From an uncultured Alphaproteobacteria bacterium (lineage in GTDB: Bacteria; Pseudomonadota; Alphaproteobacteria; HIMB59; GCA-002718135), in contig CACKSM010000003.1 of NCBI GenBank assembly GCA_902602885.1, forward strand, positions 17,573-81,572: 64,000 bases of DNA, written 5' to 3'. Positions 59,262-64,000 of the stretch are shown here, piece by piece. The position numbers and the translations under genes were made by a program. Numbering within the stretch: position 1 is the first letter of the stretch; every line of letters begins with the position of its first letter. The notes beneath the pieces were generated by a model. The model ran no database searches, was not told where the DNA came from, and was given only the letters and a program-made list of their open reading frames with translations.

Positions 59262-60005
59262 ATGAACATTGGACTTGTTATAGGTAAAAAAAATAGCGTT
59301 GGTGTACCAGGAAAAAATATTAGAATTATACTTGGAAGACCCGCTGCAGAATATGCTTTCATAGCTGCTAAATACGCAAATTTAAAAAAAATTTATGTAT
59401 CGACAGATTGCAACCAAATAGCTAAAATTGGAAAGAAATATAATGCAGTGCATATTAAAAGACCAAAGAGATTAGCAACTCCTGATGCATTAACTGAAGA
59501 TGCTCTGTTACATGCTTATGATTTTATAAAAAAAGATTTAGTAAATAAAAAAATATCATCAATATCTCTTTTATTTTGTAATAATCCTGCAATTAATGTT
59601 AATCTTTTAAAAAAAGCTATTAAATTTATTAATAAAACAAAAGATTATGACTCATGTTTTTCAGTTGTTAAATATGATATGTTTTCACCAGCCCGTGCAA
59701 GAAAACTAACAAAACAAAAAGAAATAAAACCTTTTGTAAAATTAGATTATCTTGGAGAGTTTAATTCTATCAGAGACTCACAAGGTAGTTCATATTTCTG
59801 TGATTTATCAATTCAGGTTTTAAAAAGTACATGTTTTGAAAATATGTATGATGGACAACTTCCTTTTAGGTGGCAAGGCAAACGTTCTAAAGCAATAATT
59901 TCAGATTTTGGATTTGATATTGATACTGAATGGCAATACGTAGTAATTGAATATTGGTTAAAATCCAAAGGCTTCACAGAAGAAAAAATACCATGGAAAG
60001 CATAG
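59262..60005 (+). CDS. Cytidylyltransferase of the NeuA/KdsB (CMP-ulosonate synthetase) family
   Basis: SVGVPGKN, YVSTD, RP..LA and DID motifs. Confidence 0.82.
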   Translation: MNIGLVIGKKNSVGVPGKNIRIILGRPAAEYAFIAAKYANLKKIYVSTDCNQIAKIGKKYNAVHIKRPKRLATPDALTEDALLHAYDFIKKDLVNKKISSISLLFCNNPAINVNLLKKAIKFINKTKDYDSCFSVVKYDMFSPARARKLTKQKEIKPFVKLDYLGEFNSIRDSQGSSYFCDLSIQVLKSTCFENMYDGQLPFRWQGKRSKAIISDFGFDIDTEWQYVVIEYWLKSKGFTEEKIPWKA

Positions 60006-60062
60006 AACATTATCTTTAAATTCTTTGCATTAATTTACATTTAGTTTAATTGATAACAATCT

Positions 60063-60842
60063 ATGATTAGAGAAAATTTTCTTAAAAAAAAATTGGAAAA
60101 TGGTCAAACATGCTTGGGAACCTGGTCTATTATACCATCAGTTATTAATTCAGATATTATTTCATCCACAAACATTGATTTTATAATTATTGATCAAGAG
60201 CATGGCCCAATTAATTTTGAAACTGCTCAAAATATGGTGATTGCATGTGAAAATAATAAAGTTTCTCCGCTTATAAGAACTGGAGGAGTTGAAGAAAGCT
60301 CATTACTAAGAGCCTTAGATATAGGCTGTCATGGTATTCAAGTTCCAAATATTAATACAGTTTCACAAATTAAAAACTTAATTAACTATACAAAATATCC
60401 TCCCATAGGGAATAGAGGTTTTTCTCCATTCACAAGAGCTGGTAATTACTCAATTGAAAATGCCAAACAAATCACAAATATTGCTAATGATAGTACATTA
60501 CTTGGTATCAATGTTGAGGGGGAAGAGGGAATTCAAAATATAGATCAATTTTTAGAATTTAAAACTTTGGATTTAATATTTATAGGTTTATTCGATATTT
60601 CAAAATCATTAGGAATTCCTGGAGATGTAAAAAATAAAAAAGTGAAAAAATATTTATCTGAATTATCAAAAAAAATAAATAATCAAAAAAAATATCCTGG
60701 AACAATAGCTACTACTATAGATGATTTAAAATATTATATTGATATTGGAATAAAATATATTTTATACCTAGTAGATTGTGAGATCTTAAGAAAAAGTTAC
60801 TCTGATGTTGTTATTGAATTTGAAAAAATAAAAAATGTCTAA
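60063..60842 (+). CDS. HpcH/HpaI class II pyruvate aldolase
   Basis: IIDQEHGP, RALDIG, YPPIGNRG, VE and FIGLFDIS motifs. Confidence 0.9.
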   Translation: MIRENFLKKKLENGQTCLGTWSIIPSVINSDIISSTNIDFIIIDQEHGPINFETAQNMVIACENNKVSPLIRTGGVEESSLLRALDIGCHGIQVPNINTVSQIKNLINYTKYPPIGNRGFSPFTRAGNYSIENAKQITNIANDSTLLGINVEGEEGIQNIDQFLEFKTLDLIFIGLFDISKSLGIPGDVKNKKVKKYLSELSKKINNQKKYPGTIATTIDDLKYYIDIGIKYILYLVDCEILRKSYSDVVIEFEKIKNV

Positions 60843-61785
60843 AGTTTTCATTACTGATTATATTGAAAATCCTGATATTGAAGAAAATGTTCTTGGTAAA
60901 ATTTATAGAGAAGTTGATTATTCAAAAATTGAAGTTTTATTGGTATGGCATAAGAAAATTGATAATGACTATTTAAAATTATTTCCTAATTTAAAAGGCG
61001 TTGTTCGTTATGGTGTTGGGTATGATAATATAGATTTAACTGCGATGAAAAAAAGAAATTTAATTTTTTGTAATAATCCAGATTATGGTGTTCAAGAAGT
61101 TTCAGATACAGTGATAGCTTTTGCTATGATGTTTTCTCGAGGGATTTTGGCTTATAATAATTTGGTTAAAAAGATTGAGCTAAATACTTGGCAAGAAAAT
61201 ATAATTAAAAATATTAAAAGAATTAACAAATTATCTTTCGGTGTAATTGGGGCAGGAAGAATTGGTTCATTGGTTTTGTTAAAAGCTCAAGCTTTAGGCT
61301 TCAAAACAATTTTTTTTGATCCACATAAAGACGCAGGGTATGAAAAAGTTTTAAATTCAAGAAGAGTAGAAACATTAAATAGTTTGATAGAGATTTCAGA
61401 TATAATTTCCATTAATACCCCCTTAAATGAAACTACCAAAAGTTTAGTTAACAAAAGTTTTGTAGAAAAAATGAAGAAAGACTCTTTTTTTATAAATGCT
61501 GCAAGAGGTAGTTTGGTAGAAGATATTGATATATTTTATAATAGATTATTTGAAGGTTCGTTAGGTGGAATAGCACTCGATGTTCTTCCTGAAGAGCCTC
61601 CAGATTACAGTTCAAAAATACTTTCAGCATGGAAAGACAATCATGAATGGGCAAAAAGCAAAATAATTATTAACCCACATACCTCTTATTATTCTCTTGA
61701 AGCATTTGAAGAAATGAGAAGCAAAGCAGCTTACATGGCTCTAAGTATTATAAATAACACAGACGTTAAAAATAGAATAATCTAG
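60835..61785 (+). CDS. D-2-hydroxyacid dehydrogenase family (CtBP-like)
   Basis: RYGVGYDNID, GAGRIG, INAARG, LDVLPEEP and PHTSY motifs. Confidence 0.9.
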   Translation: MSKVFITDYIENPDIEENVLGKIYREVDYSKIEVLLVWHKKIDNDYLKLFPNLKGVVRYGVGYDNIDLTAMKKRNLIFCNNPDYGVQEVSDTVIAFAMMFSRGILAYNNLVKKIELNTWQENIIKNIKRINKLSFGVIGAGRIGSLVLLKAQALGFKTIFFDPHKDAGYEKVLNSRRVETLNSLIEISDIISINTPLNETTKSLVNKSFVEKMKKDSFFINAARGSLVEDIDIFYNRLFEGSLGGIALDVLPEEPPDYSSKILSAWKDNHEWAKSKIIINPHTSYYSLEAFEEMRSKAAYMALSIINNTDVKNRII

Positions 61786-61789
61786 TATC

Positions 61790-62422
61790 ATGATAAGAAT
61801 ATTAGCACACAGAGGTATTTGGAATAATGCAACTCAACAAAATACTTTAAAATCCTTTGAGAAATCTCTTGATTTGAAAGTGGGTATTGAAACTGATGTT
61901 AGGAATCATGGCAGTAGGATTATTATAATGCACGATATACCAAAAAAAAAAAAATTTATTTATTTAGAGGATTTATTTGATTTATATAAATCTAAAAATT
62001 CAAAACAATTTTTAGCTTTAAATATTAAAAGTGATGGAATAGGAGATGAAATAATAAGAATCACAAGTAAATATAATATTCAAAATTATTTTACGTTTGA
62101 TATGTCAGTTCCAGAAATGGTAAATTATAGTAAATCTAAAATAAAATTTTTAATTAGAATAAGTGAATACGAAAAAGAATATGATAACCAAAAAAAACTT
62201 AATCATCAAGGTGTGTGGATTGATCAATTTAATAAAGATTGGTTAAATAGAAAAGATGTATCTAGATATTTAAAAAATTTCAAACATGTATGTATAGTTT
62301 CACCAGAATGTCACAAAAGGAATTATATCAACACATGGAACAAAATTAAATATTTTGATAATAACCAACTACATATATGTACTGACCACCCAATAGAAGC
62401 AAAGAAATTTTTTCATGAATAA
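61790..62422 (+). CDS. Glycerophosphodiester phosphodiesterase-like protein
   Basis: ILAHRG, QNT, IETDVR, VSPECH and ICTD motifs. Confidence 0.82.
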   Translation: MIRILAHRGIWNNATQQNTLKSFEKSLDLKVGIETDVRNHGSRIIIMHDIPKKKKFIYLEDLFDLYKSKNSKQFLALNIKSDGIGDEIIRITSKYNIQNYFTFDMSVPEMVNYSKSKIKFLIRISEYEKEYDNQKKLNHQGVWIDQFNKDWLNRKDVSRYLKNFKHVCIVSPECHKRNYINTWNKIKYFDNNQLHICTDHPIEAKKFFHE

Positions 62423-63800
62423 TCTTAAATTACTAATATTTGATTTAGATGGAGTATTAGTTGAAACAAAAATAATACATTTCAAATCTTTGAATTTGGC
62501 ATTATCAAAAATTGGCTTTGAAGAAATTGAATACGATGAACATTTAAAAAGATTTGATGGATTGCCTACTGCAAAAAAAATTGAAATTTTATTAAAAGAA
62601 AAAAGAATTAATAAAAAAAACATTTCAAAAATTAATGCCCTAAAGCAAAATTATACTAAAAAATTATTAAACAAAGAATTAAAATTTAATCAAAGATTAT
62701 TTAATTTATTTAAAAAATTATCAAAAAAATACACATTAGTTGTTGCAACTAATGCAATTAAATCAACGCTTGATATTTGTTTAAAAAAATTAAAAATAAA
62801 TGAATTCATATCTCAGTCTTTTTCTAATGAAGATGTTGAAAAACCGAAGCCTCATCCATTAATTTATATGAAAATAATGGTGGAGAATATGCTATCTCCC
62901 GATGAAGTATTAATTTTTGAGGATTCTTATTTTGGAAGGAATGCAGCGACTTTATCAGGTGCTCATCTTTATCCAGTAAAAGATTTAAGTGATATTTCTC
63001 TAAAAAAAATTAATGAATTCATGAGGGTAAATAAAATGCAAAATATAAATATTAATAATCAAAAATGGACTGATGAGTCTCTAAATATTCTTATTCCAAT
63101 GGCAGGAGAAGGTTCAAGATTTAGAGAAGTAGGATACACATTTCCAAAACCAATAATTGAAGTCAAGGGGAAGCCCATGATTCAATTGGTTGTAGAAAAT
63201 TTAAATATTAAAGCTAATTATATTTTCATTATTAGAAAAGATCATCAAAAAAAGTTTAATATAAAAAGTTTGTTATCTGTAATTCAGCCAAATTGTAAAA
63301 TAGTTGAAGTGGATGAGTTGACTGAAGGAGCTGCATGCACTGCCTTACTTGCAAAAAAATATATTAATAATAATAATCCTCTTTTAATTGCCAATTCTGA
63401 TCAATATATAAAATGGGATAGTTCAAAAACAATGTATAACTTTATATCAAAAAAAATTGATGGAGGAATTTTAACTTTTGAGTCAGTGCATCCTAAATGG
63501 TCTTATGCAAAAATAGATAAAAATGAAGTTGTAACTGAAGTAGCTGAAAAAAAAGTTATCTCAAACAATGCTACTGTTGGAATTTATTATTGGAGTAAAG
63601 GTAATGATTTTGTAAAGTATGCCAATCAAATGATTAAAAAAAATATAAGAACTAATAATGAATTTTATATATGTCCCGTGTTTAATGAGGCGATTAAAGC
63701 AGGAAAAGTAATTAAGTCTGAAAAAATCGAAAAAATGCAAGGTCTTGGTACGCCTGAAGATTTAGATAATTTTTTATTAGAATATAAAAATGCTCTATAA
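62415..63800 (+). CDS. Fusion of a HAD phosphatase and a BcbE-like nucleotidyltransferase
   Basis: N-terminal FDLDGVL, KPKPHP and FEDS; C-terminal IPMAGEGSRF..PKP, TEGAACT, NNEFY and GLGTPEDL. Confidence 0.88.
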   Translation: MNNLKLLIFDLDGVLVETKIIHFKSLNLALSKIGFEEIEYDEHLKRFDGLPTAKKIEILLKEKRINKKNISKINALKQNYTKKLLNKELKFNQRLFNLFKKLSKKYTLVVATNAIKSTLDICLKKLKINEFISQSFSNEDVEKPKPHPLIYMKIMVENMLSPDEVLIFEDSYFGRNAATLSGAHLYPVKDLSDISLKKINEFMRVNKMQNININNQKWTDESLNILIPMAGEGSRFREVGYTFPKPIIEVKGKPMIQLVVENLNIKANYIFIIRKDHQKKFNIKSLLSVIQPNCKIVEVDELTEGAACTALLAKKYINNNNPLLIANSDQYIKWDSSKTMYNFISKKIDGGILTFESVHPKWSYAKIDKNEVVTEVAEKKVISNNATVGIYYWSKGNDFVKYANQMIKKNIRTNNEFYICPVFNEAIKAGKVIKSEKIEKMQGLGTPEDLDNFLLEYKNAL

Positions 63801-64000
63801 TGCTTAATAATAAAAATATTTTAAAAAACAAAATTATTGATTCTAAAAATTTTACTAATTTAGAATCTCAAGAAACTAATAAAACTTGGTGGCAAAATAA
63901 CCCAATGATTTATGATTTCTCATATGATTTAAAAAATAAAAAAAATTCTAAAGATTTTTTCGAAGAAATTGATGAGAGATTTTTCAAAGCATCTTCAAAA
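63800..64000 (+). CDS. 5' part of a further island gene, probably a SAM methyltransferase (truncated)
   Basis: TAATG coupling; open to the window end (MLNNK...NKTWWQNNPMIYDF...FFEEIDERFF). The family is guessed from N-terminal resemblance only. Confidence 0.55.
   Translation, partial: MLNNKNILKNKIIDSKNFTNLESQETNKTWWQNNPMIYDFSYDLKNKKNSKDFFEEIDERFFKASSK

Overview
This is a gene-dense, AT-rich window from a streamlined alphaproteobacterium; composition, very short spacers and gene order suggest a SAR11/HIMB59-like marine lineage, which is inferred and not proven. Positions 1-44.8 kb are mostly core genome: a liv-type ABC transporter, a deoxyribose-type catabolic operon, sbcB, uppP, fxsA, sbmA/bacA, a VtlR/LsrB-like LysR regulator, rpe, ispB, sppA, a homodimeric GlyRS, ygfZ, pyrC, aat, accCB, aroQ, dcd, rne, mrcA, frameshifted prfB, tyrS, mnmA and sufBCDS-sufT-sufA. 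From 44.8 kb to the end is a more AT-rich cell-surface glycan island containing two tRNA-Met genes (elongator and initiator). The most notable observations are: (1) an unannotated 27-aa K/R-rich ORF with its own promoter and a hairpin just upstream of sbmA/bacA; (2) a non-canonical GTT-TGA-C frameshift site in prfB; (3) an alpha2-type GlyRS at the position where alphaproteobacteria usually carry glyQ-glyS; (4) a GT2/GtrA cassette with an FrhB-like protein that has lost its core Cys ligands plus an alpha/alpha-toroid protein; (5) a GAPDH-like/cytidylyltransferase/HpcH-aldolase/dehydrogenase module that may make an unusual CMP-activated sugar acid. I saw no CRISPR array, integrase, transposase or rRNA gene. 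All family assignments come from motif recognition by eye, not database searches.
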